Under the pieces are notes generated by a model. It did not search any database. It worked only from the letters and a program-made list of their open reading frames with translations, and was not told the DNA's origin. From the NCBI GenBank assembly GCA_035533215.1, contig DATLUG010000028.1, forward strand, positions 75,243-139,242: 64,000 bases of DNA. Reading direction: 5' to 3'. A program made the position numbers and the translations under genes. This document shows, in pieces, positions 1-10,224 of the stretch (the first letter of the stretch is position 1; each line of letters opens with the position of its first letter). Source of the DNA: Candidatus Micrarchaeia archaeon (GTDB lineage Bacteria; Chloroflexota; Dormibacteria; Aeolococcales; Bog-877).

Positions 1-776
1 GCGAGGTAGTGGTCGGCGATCCCCGGCGCGACCTTGTTGGCCAGGATCACGACCGCCGCGCTGGTGCCGCAGACGATCTCCCGGCGGCGGTGATGGGCGG
101 CATAGTGCACGACCTCGGCGGGGACCTCGGGCTGGTAGATGGGCGCGACCGGCTGCGGGTGGTTGGGCAGCTTGGTCCGGCACCAGTTGAACTGGGGTGT
201 GTTGACGGCGGGCAGCTGGACCATGGTGATCCAGATCCGGCTCTTGTCATGGAGCAACTCGGTGCGCAGGCTGTCGGTGAAGCCGCGGATGGCGAACTTG
301 GCGCCGCAGTACGCGGCCTGGAGCGGGATCGCCCGGTAGGCGAGGGCCGACCCCACCTGGACGATCGTGCCGCGGTCGCGTCGGCGCATCCGCCGCAGCG
401 CCGCCATGGTGCCGTACACGGCCCCCAGGTAGGTCACCTCGGTGGCGCGCCTGAACTCATCCGCCGTCATCTCGGCGAAGGGGGCGAAGACCGTGGCCAT
501 GGCATCGTTGACCCAGACGTCGATCGGCCCCAGCCGGTCCTCGACGGTGGTGGCCGCCCGCTCCACCTGGTCGGCGTCGGCGACGTCGGCGGGGACGATG
601 ATCGCGACCCCCCCCAGCGCCTCGCACTCACGCCGGGCGCCCTCCAGCCCCTCCTCGCCGCGGGCGACCAGGCCCACCGCCGCTCCCCGCCTGGCGAACG
701 CGTGGGCGACCGCTCGCCCGACGCCCGCGGACGCTCCCGTCACCACCACCACCTCCGATCGTGCACGCTCGCTCAC
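1..776 (-). CDS. Short-chain dehydrogenase/reductase (SDR), 3' end outside window
   Basis: Reverse-strand translation from GTG at 776 reads VSERARSEVVVVTGASAGVGRAVAHAFARRGAAVGLVARGEEGLE. This is a TGxxxGxG Rossmann motif typical of classical SDRs. The frame stays open to the window edge. Confidence 0.8.
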   Translation of the reverse strand, partial: MSERARSEVVVVTGASAGVGRAVAHAFARRGAAVGLVARGEEGLEGARRECEALGGVAIIVPADVADADQVERAATTVEDRLGPIDVWVNDAMATVFAPFAEMTADEFRRATEVTYLGAVYGTMAALRRMRRRDRGTIVQVGSALAYRAIPLQAAYCGAKFAIRGFTDSLRTELLHDKSRIWITMVQLPAVNTPQFNWCRTKLPNHPQPVAPIYQPEVPAEVVHYAAHHRRREIVCGTSAAVVILANKVAPGIADHYL

Positions 777-835
777 GGGGACTCCCGCTGCCGAGGTGGG
801 GCCGCGGGCGCCCGCCGCCCGCGGCGGCGGGCCAT

Positions 836-881
836 CTCCGGGGACGGCGCGCCCGGCTCCGGGGACGGCGCGCCCCGCTCC
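836..881. repeat. 21-nt tandem repeat, about 2.2 copies (CTCCGGGGACGGCGCGCCCGG), in the GMC-to-SDR intergenic gap
   Basis: Direct reading: units at 836-856 and 857-877 differ at one position, followed by a partial third copy CTCC. Confidence 0.6.
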
Positions 882-903
882 CGTGCGCGAACCGGCCCTG
901 GGA

Positions 904-2601
904 TCACCCGCGGCCGCCGGCGAGGGCTCCGGGGGCGGATCCCGCCGGGGCGAGGTCGACCAACCGCTTGGCCAGGCGCTCGGCGAGGCGCGAGGCCAGG
1001 GCCATGATCGTGAGCGCCGGGTTGGCGCTGCCCTGGGTCGGACAGACGCTGCCGTCGGAGACCAGCAGGTTGGGCACGGCCCAGGCCTGCTGGTCCGAGT
1101 TGACGACGCTGTCGGCCGGGCTGAACCCCATCCGGCAGCCGCCGATGAGGTGGGCGTAGCGGTGGATGGTGAGGATGTCCTGGGCCCCGGAGGCGGTGAG
1201 GATGTCCTTGATCACGGTGGTGGAGTACTCGATGTTGCGCTTGTCGTTGTCGCAGAGGGAGTAGTCGAAGCGGGCCACCGGCAGCCCGTGGCGGTCCTTC
1301 TCGTCCGCCAGGGTGACCCGGTTCTGCGGCTGCGCCAGCAGCTCGTTGAGGACCCCCACGGTGGCCCAATGGTTGTAGTCGCGCATGTATTCGCGGAGGG
1401 CGCGGCCCCAGTGCCCGTCGGCGAGGACGTGCTCGGCCCAGCCGATCGGCAGGGGGGAGACGGTCTGGACGCTGAAGCCGCGGGCGAACCCCCGCGACGG
1501 GTCGGTCTCGTAGTGCTGCTCGGAGGAGACCTCGGGGGGCGGCGCCTTGTACATCCGCATCTCGGTGGGGAACCGCCCCGCGGTCTGGGACGCACCCTGG
1601 ACCATCACGTAGCGTCCCACCTGGTCCTCGTTGTTGCACAGTCCGCGGGGGAAGGCGGGCGACACCGAGTTGAGCAGCAGCCGCGGGGTCTCGATCGAAT
1701 AGCCGCAGACGGCCACCACCCGGGCACGCTGGTGATGCTCGGTGCCATCCGGCTCGCGGAGGTAGGTGACCCCGACCGCGCGGCCGCCGCCCCGGTCCAG
1801 CTCGACCCGGCTGGCCATGCAGTCGGCCCGCACCTCGACCCCGTGGGCGAGGGCATCGGGGAGGTGGGTCACGTAGGGGCTGGCCTTGGCGTTCACCTTG
1901 CAGCCCTGCAGGCAGTAGCCCCGGTAGATGCAGTGGGGGCGGTTGCCGAAGGTGCCGTTGACGATCCCCACCGGCCCGACCCGCATCTGGATCCCCAGCC
2001 GGTGGGCCCCCTGCCAGATGACCTGGGCCGCCCCGCCGACCGGATGGGGGGCGAACGGATAGGTGTGGGGGTCGCCCCAGGGCCAGTCCTGTCCCGCCAC
2101 CGGCAGCTCGCGCTCGACGGTCGCGTAGTGGCGGCGAAGGTCCCAGTAGCTGATCGGCCAGTCGGCGCCCACCCCGTCCCGGGCGAGAGTCTCGAAGTCG
2201 GAGGGGTGGAAGCGCGGGCAGTAGCCGGCGTAGTGGACCATCGAGCCGCCCACCCCGCGGCCGCTGTTGTTCTTGCCCAGCTCGATGGGGTCGTCACCCC
2301 CGATGATCCGTTGCTCGGTCCAGTAGAGCTGGTGGGACCCGGCCTCGTCGCTGACCCAGTCCTGGTCCGGGTGCCAGAAGGGGCCGGCCTCCAGGATCAC
2401 GATCCGCCAGCCGCGGCGGGCCATCCGCTGGGCCAGCACCGAGCCGCCGGCGCCGGCTCCGACGATGCACAGGTCGACCTCGTCCTCCTCGCGATAGCGA
2501 CGCATGGTCTCCTCGCCGGGGAGATCGCGGCGGTGGACGTCGAGGAGGAAGCGGGAGTCGTTGCGGCGCGGTCCGACGGCGCCCTTGAGCCAGGCCGGCA
2601 T
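904..2601 (-). CDS. GMC-family FAD oxidoreductase (gluconate 2-dehydrogenase flavoprotein-like)
   Basis: N-terminal dinucleotide-binding motif DLCIVGAGAGGSVLAQRMARRGWRIVILEAGP. C-terminal GMC signature HLIGGCRMG...NLLVSDGSVCPTQGSANPALTIMALA. The ATG at 2601 overlaps the upstream stop by 1 nt (TGATG). The listed ORF start at 2850 lies inside the upstream gene. Confidence 0.85.
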   Translation of the reverse strand: MPAWLKGAVGPRRNDSRFLLDVHRRDLPGEETMRRYREEDEVDLCIVGAGAGGSVLAQRMARRGWRIVILEAGPFWHPDQDWVSDEAGSHQLYWTEQRIIGGDDPIELGKNNSGRGVGGSMVHYAGYCPRFHPSDFETLARDGVGADWPISYWDLRRHYATVERELPVAGQDWPWGDPHTYPFAPHPVGGAAQVIWQGAHRLGIQMRVGPVGIVNGTFGNRPHCIYRGYCLQGCKVNAKASPYVTHLPDALAHGVEVRADCMASRVELDRGGGRAVGVTYLREPDGTEHHQRARVVAVCGYSIETPRLLLNSVSPAFPRGLCNNEDQVGRYVMVQGASQTAGRFPTEMRMYKAPPPEVSSEQHYETDPSRGFARGFSVQTVSPLPIGWAEHVLADGHWGRALREYMRDYNHWATVGVLNELLAQPQNRVTLADEKDRHGLPVARFDYSLCDNDKRNIEYSTTVIKDILTASGAQDILTIHRYAHLIGGCRMGFSPADSVVNSDQQAWAVPNLLVSDGSVCPTQGSANPALTIMALASRLAERLAKRLVDLAPAGSAPGALAGGRG

Positions 2602-3332
2602 CACCCCGACTCCGCCACCACCGGCACCGGGTCCTCCGCGGTGGCGGCCCGGCCCTCGGCGGGCTCGCGGACCCCGAGCGGTCCCAGCCGCATGTACCCC
2701 CGTGGGTACGCTGGGCCACCGAATCCGATCTCGTTCCAGGCCCAGGGGTGAGCGTAGAAGGCGGAGAGGATCATCCGCATGCAGACCGCCCACGCGCGGG
2801 TGACGTTCAGCCGGTCCCACGTTCCCCCGCCGAGGAGGCCCCGGGCCCACTGTTCCACGATCGCCTCGCGGGTGGGCCAGTCGCAGCGGGCGAACGAGGC
2901 GGCGCCGTGCTGGGCGGCGGCCGCCTCGTCCAGCCCGGCCAGCACCAGCCGCCAGGTGTCGCGGTCACTGGGCATGTCGGCGTACTGGTAGCCGTCGAGC
3001 CGTCCGTCGGCGAGGGCCGCGTCCACCATCTGCGCCACCGGCACCCGCGGCTCCCGGTCCTGGGCCATCGCCACGTCGCAGAGGGCTCGCAGGGTGGGCG
3101 CCTCGGCCGCGGTGAAGAAGCGCAGGTCGGTCGACGGGTGGAGTCGGGCCTCCACCACCTGGCGGGTGGCGCTGTCCCAGGCGGCGGCGCTGGCCATGAC
3201 GTCGTAGTCGGGGTAGCGGCCGATCATCTGGGGGGACGTCCCCCGCCGCTGCCGCGGCAGCCAGTCCGGAGTCGCCGGCTGGCGTCCTGGGCGCAGATTG
3301 GGAAGGTGCCCGGGACGGGTGAAGTCGGGCAC
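2601..3332 (-). CDS. Gluconate 2-dehydrogenase subunit 3-family protein (small subunit partner of GMC flavoproteins)
   Basis: 243-aa ORF immediately upstream of the GMC gene and overlapping it. The size, position and ending (FYAHPWAWNEIGFGGPAYPRGY) match the subunit-3 family as I recall it. No obvious Tat or signal peptide. Confidence 0.65.
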   Translation of the reverse strand: MPDFTRPGHLPNLRPGRQPATPDWLPRQRRGTSPQMIGRYPDYDVMASAAAWDSATRQVVEARLHPSTDLRFFTAAEAPTLRALCDVAMAQDREPRVPVAQMVDAALADGRLDGYQYADMPSDRDTWRLVLAGLDEAAAAQHGAASFARCDWPTREAIVEQWARGLLGGGTWDRLNVTRAWAVCMRMILSAFYAHPWAWNEIGFGGPAYPRGYMRLGPLGVREPAEGRAATAEDPVPVVAESG

Positions 3333-3335
3333 GCC

Positions 3336-3809
3336 TCAGCGCTCGCGCCGCAGGAGGGCCGCCAGCAGGCCCATCAGGCCCACGATCGTCATCAGGCCGG
3401 GAGCCATGATCGGCGGTCCCATCGGCACGTTGTAGGAGGCCAGGGACCAGCCCCCCGGCCGCCGGGCCACCCCCCGGGCGTGGTAGTACTCGCCCAGCAT
3501 CCCGTTGATGGTGTAGAGCCCGGCCGCGAGCGGGAGCCAGGTCTTGGCCCAGCGCTCGCTGAACACCCCCCCGATCCCCGCCACCACCACCGGCGGGGTG
3601 ACGACGATGGGACTCCACATCATCTTGTTGCCGAAGCTGGCCCGATAGTGCTCGAGGTAGATCTCGGCGGTGGTCACCAGGGCCGCGAACGCGGTCAGAC
3701 CCGACAGCGAGCGCTCGAATCGGCCGTGCTCGACATTGCGAGCGAGATGGTCGATGAGATGGACGGGAGCCGCGGGGGGGGTGGGCCGAGGGCGCCGGCT
3801 GCTGGCCAC
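3336..3809 (-). CDS. Small polytopic membrane protein (about 4 TM), unknown function
   Basis: Hydrophobic segments LSGLTAFAALVTTAEIYL, IVVTPPVVVAGIGGVF, WLPLAAGLYTINGML and IMAPGLMTIVGLMGLLAALL. An in-frame GTG at 3809 lies 1 nt after the upstream stop. The stop is 3 nt before the next start. Confidence 0.55.
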   Translation of the reverse strand: MASSRRPRPTPPAAPVHLIDHLARNVEHGRFERSLSGLTAFAALVTTAEIYLEHYRASFGNKMMWSPIVVTPPVVVAGIGGVFSERWAKTWLPLAAGLYTINGMLGEYYHARGVARRPGGWSLASYNVPMGPPIMAPGLMTIVGLMGLLAALLRRER

Positions 3810-3810
3810 G

Positions 3811-5604
3811 TCAGCGGCCCGGAACGAACTCGTCGATCTTCTCGCGCAGCGATTCGATGGCGCCGGGGAGGCCCGCCGCGGGATCCTCCCACACCGACCT
3901 GGCAAACGCGCGGGCCTGCTTGAAGGTGATGTGGGGGGGCAGGGGGGCCTCCCCGGGGTCGGTCATCGCGTCGAGGACGACCGGGCGGTCGGCGGCGAAG
4001 GCCGCCTGGACCGCGTCCTCGACGGCCGCCGCCGTGCGCACCGCGATCCCCCGCAGCCCGATCATCTCGGCGAACTGGTGATAGGCGACGTAGGGGATGT
4101 CCTGCGAGGCCTCGAAGCGGGGATCGCCCTCCATCACCCGCTGCTCCCAGGAGACCTGGTTCAGGTCCTCGTTGTTGAGCACCAGGATCACCAGCCGGGG
4201 ATCGGACCACGTCTTGTAGTACTTGGCCGCCGTCAGCAGCTCCGCCATCCCGCCCATCTGCATGGCGCCATCGCCGACCATGGCCACCGCGACGCGATCG
4301 GGGAAGGCGAACTTGGCGGCGATGGCGTAGGGCACCCCCGGGAGCATGGTGGCGAGATTGCCGGAGAGCGAGGCCTTCATGCCGCGGCGGATGCGGACGT
4401 GGCGAGCGAACCAGTTGGCGGCGGAGCCGCTGTCGCTGCTGAGGATGGCGTTGTCGGGCAGGTGCCGGGAGAGGGCGCTGAAGAGCCCCTGGGGCCGGAT
4501 CCGGCCGTCATGGTCCTCGGGCTGGCTGCGGTCCTCCATCAGCCGCCACCAGTCCGCCACGTCCCTGACGATGCCCTCCTGGAACGACCGGTCCTCCTGC
4601 CGCCGCAGCAGCGGGAGCAGCTCTTTGAGGGTAGCCTTGCTGTCACCACAGAGGTTGACCTCCATGGGATAGCGCAGGCTGAGCATCCGCGCCTCGCGGT
4701 CGATCTGGACCCCGCGCGCCTTGCCCACCTGGGGCAGGAAGTTGCTGTACGGGAACGAGCTTCCGACCATCAGGAGGGTGTCACAGGTCTGCATCATGTC
4801 CCAGCTGGGCTTGGTGCCGAGCAGGCCGATGGAGCCGGTGCAGAAGGGGACGTCGTCGGGGACGGCCGCCTTCCCCAAGAGCGCCTTGGCGATGCCGGCG
4901 CCGAGGACGTCGGCCGCCGCCACCAGCTCGTCGCCGGCGTCCAGTGCCCCCGCCCCGGCCAGGATCGCCACCCGCTGACCCTGGTTGCACAGCTCGGCGG
5001 CGGCGTGCAGCTCGGCCTCACCGGGCAGCTGGCGGGTGGCGACGAAGCCGATCCCGGTGTGGAGCGCCTTCAGGCCCGCCGGCTGCGCCTCGACCGCGTC
5101 CATGTCCTGGACATCGGCGGGCACGATGACGCAGGTGACGGTGTGCTCCGACTGGGCGATCCGGAGGGCGCGGTCGAGGCAATGACGAATGGTGGAGGGG
5201 GTGTTGGCCTGTTGCACGAAGGCGGAGGCGACGTCCTTGAACAGGCTGAGCAGGTCGACCTCCTGCTGCATGTCGCCGCCCATGGCGGTGACGAAGGTCT
5301 GCCCGACGATCGCCACCACCGGCTGGTGGTCGAGCTTGGCGTCGTACAGGCCGGTGAGCAGGTGGATGGCCCCCGGGCCGGAGGTGGCCATGCACACCCC
5401 CACCTGCCCGGTGTACTTGGCGTGGCCGCAGGCCATGAAGGCAGCCTGCTCCTCGTGGCGCACCTGCACGAATCGGAGCCGATCCTGGTGGTGGCGCAGC
5501 GCACCCAGGATCCCGTTGATGCCATCGCCCGGGAAGCCGTAGACGGTGGTGACACCCCAATCGATCAGACGTTGGCAGAGGTAGTCAGCCGCCGACTTCG
5601 CCAT
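3811..5604 (-). CDS. Thiamine-diphosphate-dependent pyruvate oxidase / pyruvate dehydrogenase (quinone)-like enzyme
   Basis: MAKSAADYLCQRLIDWGVTTVYGFPGDGINGILGAL...ATSGPGAIHLLTGLYDA...GDGAMQM...LVLNNEDL, which are the TPP-enzyme N, central and GDG-x-NN motifs. GGAGG lies 6 nt upstream of the ATG at 5604. Confidence 0.85.
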   Translation of the reverse strand: MAKSAADYLCQRLIDWGVTTVYGFPGDGINGILGALRHHQDRLRFVQVRHEEQAAFMACGHAKYTGQVGVCMATSGPGAIHLLTGLYDAKLDHQPVVAIVGQTFVTAMGGDMQQEVDLLSLFKDVASAFVQQANTPSTIRHCLDRALRIAQSEHTVTCVIVPADVQDMDAVEAQPAGLKALHTGIGFVATRQLPGEAELHAAAELCNQGQRVAILAGAGALDAGDELVAAADVLGAGIAKALLGKAAVPDDVPFCTGSIGLLGTKPSWDMMQTCDTLLMVGSSFPYSNFLPQVGKARGVQIDREARMLSLRYPMEVNLCGDSKATLKELLPLLRRQEDRSFQEGIVRDVADWWRLMEDRSQPEDHDGRIRPQGLFSALSRHLPDNAILSSDSGSAANWFARHVRIRRGMKASLSGNLATMLPGVPYAIAAKFAFPDRVAVAMVGDGAMQMGGMAELLTAAKYYKTWSDPRLVILVLNNEDLNQVSWEQRVMEGDPRFEASQDIPYVAYHQFAEMIGLRGIAVRTAAAVEDAVQAAFAADRPVVLDAMTDPGEAPLPPHITFKQARAFARSVWEDPAAGLPGAIESLREKIDEFVPGR

Positions 5605-5795
5605 GGTCACCTCCACTGCGCCGGGGACCTTGGCCCCTCGTCACCGAAGCCTAACGCGGCCAGTCGCCCCCCGTTTCACCGGCTCGGCGGGTCCGGCGGC
5701 CGGCCGTCGTCGGGCCCGGGCCGGCGCGGCGACCGAGCCGTCCGTACCATTGGGGGGATGAGGGGCAGAGGCGTGGCGGCGGCGGTCGGGCCGCC

Positions 5796-6902
5796 GTGAG
5801 TGACGAGCTGACCATCGCCGGCCTCGACACGTCGGTGTACACGATCCCGACCGAGGTCCCCGAGGCGGACGGCACCCTGGCCTGGGATGCCACCACCGTG
5901 GTGGTGGTGGAGCCCCGCCTCGCCAATGGGACGACCGGTCTCGGGTACGCCTTCGGCGACCGCGCCATGGGCCAGCTGATCACCGAGACGCTCACCCGCC
6001 AGGTGATCGGCCTCGACGTCCGCGCCACCACCGCAGCCTGGCTGAGGATGGTGCGCAGCATCCGCAACCTGGGCCGGCCCGGCCTCAGCTCGATGGCGAT
6101 CGCCGCCGTCGACCTCGCCCTCTGGGACACCAAGGCGCGCGGCCTGGGGCAGCCCCTGCACCAGCTCCTGGGCTCGGTCCGGGACGAGGTCCCGATCTAC
6201 GGCAGCGGCGGGTTCACCACCTACTCGGAGCGCCAGCTGGTCGACCAGCTGACCGGCTGGGTGGCGCAGGGGATCCCCCGGGTGAAGATGAAGATCGGCA
6301 CCGACCGCGGGCGCTCGTGGCGCCAGGACCTGGAGCGGGTGGGCCGGGTCCGGACGGCGATCGGGTCCGACACCGAGCTCTTCGTCGATGCCAACGGCGC
6401 CTACGACCGCACCCAGGCCCTCCAGATCGGTCTGCGGCTGGCGGAGCGGTTCGACGTCCGCTGGTTCGAGGAGCCGGTCAGCTCGGACGACCTGGTCGGG
6501 CTCGGCGAGCTGCGCGGCCGGCTCCCCCTCGATGTCACCGCCGGCGAGTACGGCTACCACCTGCAGTACTTCCGCGACATGCTCCAGGCGGGGGCGGTGG
6601 ACGTCCTCCAGGCCGACGTGGGCCGGTGTGCGGGGATCACCGAATGGCTGCGGGTGGCGGCGACCGCGGCCGCCTTCTCCACCCCGCTGTCCGCCCACTG
6701 CGGGCCGATGCTGCACGCGGCGGTGGCGACCGTGCCCCCGAACCTGCGCCACATCGAGTACTTCCACGACCACGTGCGCACCGATCACCTCCTCTTCGAC
6801 GGCGTGCTGGAGCCAGTCGCCGGGGCGCTGCGACCAGGGCCCGGGCTCGGGCTCGGCCTCTCGCTCCGGCGTGCCGAGGCCGCCCCCTACCGGGTGGCGT
6901 AG
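5796..6902 (+). CDS. Enolase-superfamily enzyme (mandelate racemase / muconate lactonizing enzyme family)
   Basis: AIAAVDLALWDTKARGLGQPLHQLLG, KMKIG, LFVDANGAY, WFEEPV and AGEY are the characteristic MR/MLE metal-ligand and barrel motifs. Confidence 0.85.
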   Translation: MSDELTIAGLDTSVYTIPTEVPEADGTLAWDATTVVVVEPRLANGTTGLGYAFGDRAMGQLITETLTRQVIGLDVRATTAAWLRMVRSIRNLGRPGLSSMAIAAVDLALWDTKARGLGQPLHQLLGSVRDEVPIYGSGGFTTYSERQLVDQLTGWVAQGIPRVKMKIGTDRGRSWRQDLERVGRVRTAIGSDTELFVDANGAYDRTQALQIGLRLAERFDVRWFEEPVSSDDLVGLGELRGRLPLDVTAGEYGYHLQYFRDMLQAGAVDVLQADVGRCAGITEWLRVAATAAAFSTPLSAHCGPMLHAAVATVPPNLRHIEYFHDHVRTDHLLFDGVLEPVAGALRPGPGLGLGLSLRRAEAAPYRVA

Positions 6903-7025
6903 CGAGGCGCGTTCGCCCCGGCACCGTGGCGGCGGGGGCGCGAGCGTCCCGGACCCGCTGCGACCCGGGCCGGGGTTCCGCTACCGTGGCCGCCACCGGT
7001 CCGGACTGCCAGAGGTGACCCACCC

Positions 7026-8720
7026 ATGACGACTGCCCCCGAGCTTCCCAGTCGCGCGCTCGTCGTCGGTCGGGAGCGGGCGGCGGCACGGGCGATGCTG
7101 AAGGGGGCCGGCTTCGACGACGACGCCCTCGGTCGACCCCTCATCGGGGTGGCCAGCACCTGGATCGAGACCATGCCCTGCAACCTCGGCCTGCGCACGC
7201 TGGCGGCCGACGTGAAGCGCGGGATCCGGGAGGCGGGCGGTACGCCGATGGAGTTCAACACCATCGCGGTCAGCGACGGGGTGGCGATGGGCACGCAGGG
7301 GATGAAGGCCTCCCTGATCAGCCGCGAGGTGATCGCCGACTCCATCGAGCTGGTCTGCCGCGGCCATCTCCTCGACGGGCTGGTGGCCCTGGTGGGATGC
7401 GACAAGACCATCCCCGGCGCCGCGATGGCGCTGGCCCGGCTCGACCTCCCCGGCTGCCTCCTCTACGGGGGGTCGATCCAGCCCGGCCGGTTCCGGGGTC
7501 GGGACGTCACCATCATCGACGTCTTCGAGGCCATCGGCAGCGCCGAGGCGGGTCGCATCACCGACGCCGAGCTCACCGCCCTGGAGGACGTCGCCTGCCC
7601 CGGGGCCGGCGCCTGCGGGGGACAGTTCACCGCCAACACCATGGCGATGGCGATCGAGCTGCTGGGGGTGGCGCCCCTGCACAGCGGCGGGGTCGCCGCG
7701 GTCGATCCGGCCAAGCCCGCCGTCGCCGCGGAGGTGGGCCGCCAGGCGGTCGCCATGGTCCGCGCCGGCCGGCGCCCGAGCGGCTACCTCACCCTGGCCT
7801 CCCTCCACAACGCCATCGCGGGGGTGATGGCCAGCGGGGGCTCGACCAACGCGGTCCTCCACCTCCTCGCCATCGCCGACGAGGCTGGCATCCCCCTCGA
7901 CCTCGACGCCTTCGACCGCATCAGCCGCCGGACCCCGTGGATCGCCGACCTGCGCCCGGGCGGACGCTACAACGCCGTCGACCTCACCCGCGCCGGCGGG
8001 GTCGCGCTGCTCGCCGGACGGCTCCTGGCCGCGGGGCTCCTCGACGGCGGCTGCGGCACCTGCACGGGGGCCACCCTGGCGGAGGCGTCCGCGGCCGCCG
8101 CCGCGGCCTCGCCGGAGGCCGCCGGACAGGACGTGGTCCGACCGCTCGACCGGCCGCTGCAGGCGACCGGCGGGACCGTCATCCTGCGCGGGTCGCTGGC
8201 GCCCGAGGGGGCGGTGCTCAAGGTGGCGGGCCACGAGCGCCGCCAGCACCGCGGCCCGGCCCGGGTGTTCGACTCCGAGGAGGCCGCCATGGCGGCGGTC
8301 GCGGCCCGGGCGATCGTCCCGGGGGACGTCGTCGTGATCCGGTACGAGGGCCCCCGGGGCGGCCCCGGCATGCGCGAGATGCTGGGCATCACCGGGGCGC
8401 TGGTGGGCCAGGGGCTCGGCGAGGTGGTGGCGCTGATCACCGACGGCCGCTTCAGCGGGGCCACCCACGGCCTCATGGTCGGGCACGTCGCCCCCGAGGC
8501 CCAGGTGGGGGGCCCGATCGCCTGGCTCGACGATGGCGATGTCGTCACCATCGACGTCGAGTCCCGGACGGTCGGCGTCAGCGTCGCCGCGGCGACCTGG
8601 TCCGAGCGCCAGCAGCGGTGGCAGCCGCGGCCGCCGGCGGCCACCCGCGGCGCCTTCGGCCGCTATGCACAGCTGGTCGGCTCCGCCGCGCGGGGGGCGG
8701 TCCTCGGCGGCGATGGCTGA
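7026..8720 (+). CDS. ilvD: Dihydroxy-acid dehydratase
   Basis: [51 protein letters not shown] and [17 protein letters not shown] are classic IlvD/Edd motifs. Confidence 0.95.
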   Translation: MTTAPELPSRALVVGRERAAARAMLKGAGFDDDALGRPLIGVASTWIETMPCNLGLRTLAADVKRGIREAGGTPMEFNTIAVSDGVAMGTQGMKASLISREVIADSIELVCRGHLLDGLVALVGCDKTIPGAAMALARLDLPGCLLYGGSIQPGRFRGRDVTIIDVFEAIGSAEAGRITDAELTALEDVACPGAGACGGQFTANTMAMAIELLGVAPLHSGGVAAVDPAKPAVAAEVGRQAVAMVRAGRRPSGYLTLASLHNAIAGVMASGGSTNAVLHLLAIADEAGIPLDLDAFDRISRRTPWIADLRPGGRYNAVDLTRAGGVALLAGRLLAAGLLDGGCGTCTGATLAEASAAAAAASPEAAGQDVVRPLDRPLQATGGTVILRGSLAPEGAVLKVAGHERRQHRGPARVFDSEEAAMAAVAARAIVPGDVVVIRYEGPRGGPGMREMLGITGALVGQGLGEVVALITDGRFSGATHGLMVGHVAPEAQVGGPIAWLDDGDVVTIDVESRTVGVSVAAATWSERQQRWQPRPPAATRGAFGRYAQLVGSAARGAVLGGDG

Positions 8721-10158
8721 TCCCACCGCGGCGCCCCTGACGGGGTTCCCCACCGAGGCCGCCCAGTCGCCCCACCGGCGGGTGGAGTACCGCATCGACC
8801 GCACCCTGCGACTGCGCAACGACAACCGCCCGGGGGTGCTCGGCGAGGTGGCCGGGGCGATCGGGGCGGTGGGTGGCAACATCGGGGACATCCGCACCGT
8901 GCAGCGGGGCTCGGCCCACGTGGTCCGCGACCTCGACGTCACCTGCGTCGACCTCGCCATGCTCGACCAGGTGCTGCAGGCGGTGCGCGCCCTCGCCCAC
9001 ACCCGTCTCGTCGACGTCCGAGACGAGGTGCTGCGGGTGCACGTCGGCGGCAAGCTCCGCATCGTGCCCCGGTACCCGGTCGCGTCGCTGGCCGACCTCC
9101 GCCGCGTCTACACCCCTGGGGTCGCCGAGGTCTGCCGTCTGATCGCGCGCGAGCCGGCGGCCGCCGATCGATACACCATGAGCGCCAACCTGGTGGCGGT
9201 GGTGACCGACGGTACCGCCGTGCTGGGGCTCGGCAACATCGGGCCGGTGGCCGGAATGCCGGTGATGGAGGGCAAGTGCGCGCTGCTGGCCCAGCTGGTG
9301 CAGGTCGACGCGGTGCCGATCCTCCTGGAGCCGGGGCCGCCGGCAGCACTGGTGGACGCGGTGGCGCGGATCGCACCCACCTTCGGGGCGATCCAGCTGG
9401 AGGACATCGCCGCCCCTGCCTGCTTCACCATCGCGCCCCGGCTCCAGGAGCGGGTGCCGATCCCGGTCCTGCACGATGACCAGCACGGGACCGCCACCGT
9501 GGTGCTGGCGGCGGTGACCCGCGCCGCCCAGCTGGTGGGCCGTCCTCTCCAGTCGATGCGGGCCGGGGTTGCCGGCCTCGGCGCCGCCGGCTTCGCCATC
9601 GCGGAGCTCCTCACCCAGGTCCTGGAGCAACCGGTGCTCGGGGCCGGGCGCACCGCCGACTCGATCGCCCGGCTGGCCCGGGCGGGAGGTGTCCCCGTCA
9701 CCCTCGACGAGCTCGTCGCCCGGTGCGACATCGTGATCGCCGTCACCGCGCAACCGGAGCTGATCGCGCCCGCGCAAGTGCGACCGGGGCAGCTGATCTT
9801 CGCCCTCTCCAACCCCGTCCCCGAGATCCTTCCCGAGCTGGCGCGGGCCGCCGGCGCGGCGATCGCCGTCGATGGCAGCGTCGTGAACAACCTGCTCGGG
9901 TTCCCCGGCCTCTTCCGGGGGGCCCTGGACACCAGGGCGCGGCGGTTCAGCCACGGGATGTTCCTCGCCGCAGCGGCCTCCATCGCGGCTCTGGCCAAGG
10001 GGGACGAACTGGTTCCCGATCCCCTCGACCCCTCGGTCCATCGCGCCGTCGCCCGCGCGGTCGCGTCGGCGGCGGTGGCCAGCGACGTCGCGCGGGTGGT
10101 CCCGCCCGCTGACTACTTCGAGCTCGGGCCGCTCGACCGCGGAGCCCCCGGCGCGTAG
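8713..10158 (+). CDS. NAD(P)-dependent malic enzyme with N-terminal ACT-like domain
   Basis: The ATG at 8713 overlaps the ilvD stop. ACT-like [28 protein letters not shown] is followed by [44 protein letters not shown] and GLGAAG. Confidence 0.85.
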   Translation: MADPTAAPLTGFPTEAAQSPHRRVEYRIDRTLRLRNDNRPGVLGEVAGAIGAVGGNIGDIRTVQRGSAHVVRDLDVTCVDLAMLDQVLQAVRALAHTRLVDVRDEVLRVHVGGKLRIVPRYPVASLADLRRVYTPGVAEVCRLIAREPAAADRYTMSANLVAVVTDGTAVLGLGNIGPVAGMPVMEGKCALLAQLVQVDAVPILLEPGPPAALVDAVARIAPTFGAIQLEDIAAPACFTIAPRLQERVPIPVLHDDQHGTATVVLAAVTRAAQLVGRPLQSMRAGVAGLGAAGFAIAELLTQVLEQPVLGAGRTADSIARLARAGGVPVTLDELVARCDIVIAVTAQPELIAPAQVRPGQLIFALSNPVPEILPELARAAGAAIAVDGSVVNNLLGFPGLFRGALDTRARRFSHGMFLAAAASIAALAKGDELVPDPLDPSVHRAVARAVASAAVASDVARVVPPADYFELGPLDRGAPGA

Positions 10159-10224
10159 GCGTCGCTCCGGAACCCCGAGGGCGCGCCCATCCCGACCCGG
10201 GGACCTTGCCCCACCCTCCGTACC

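Noticed and set aside
442-2751. 769-aa plus-strand ORF, and similar long ORFs (9..1007, 773..1639, 2748..3923, 3670..5799)
   Set aside because: These are Arg/Pro/Gly/Ala-rich shadow ORFs antisense to, or out of frame with, clearly recognisable genes (SDR, GMC oxidoreductase, TPP enzyme). This is typical of DNA with 70% or more GC.
6981-9062. 693-aa minus ORF, 12694..14994 (766 aa), 14166..15965 (599 aa), 19633..21543 (636 aa), 36503..38416, 37636..39957, 51645..53768 and similar
   Set aside because: All are antisense to confidently identified genes (ilvD, pyrG, the radical SAM gene, hemA, the serine hydrolase, the SBP) and have low-complexity Arg/Gly/Pro composition.
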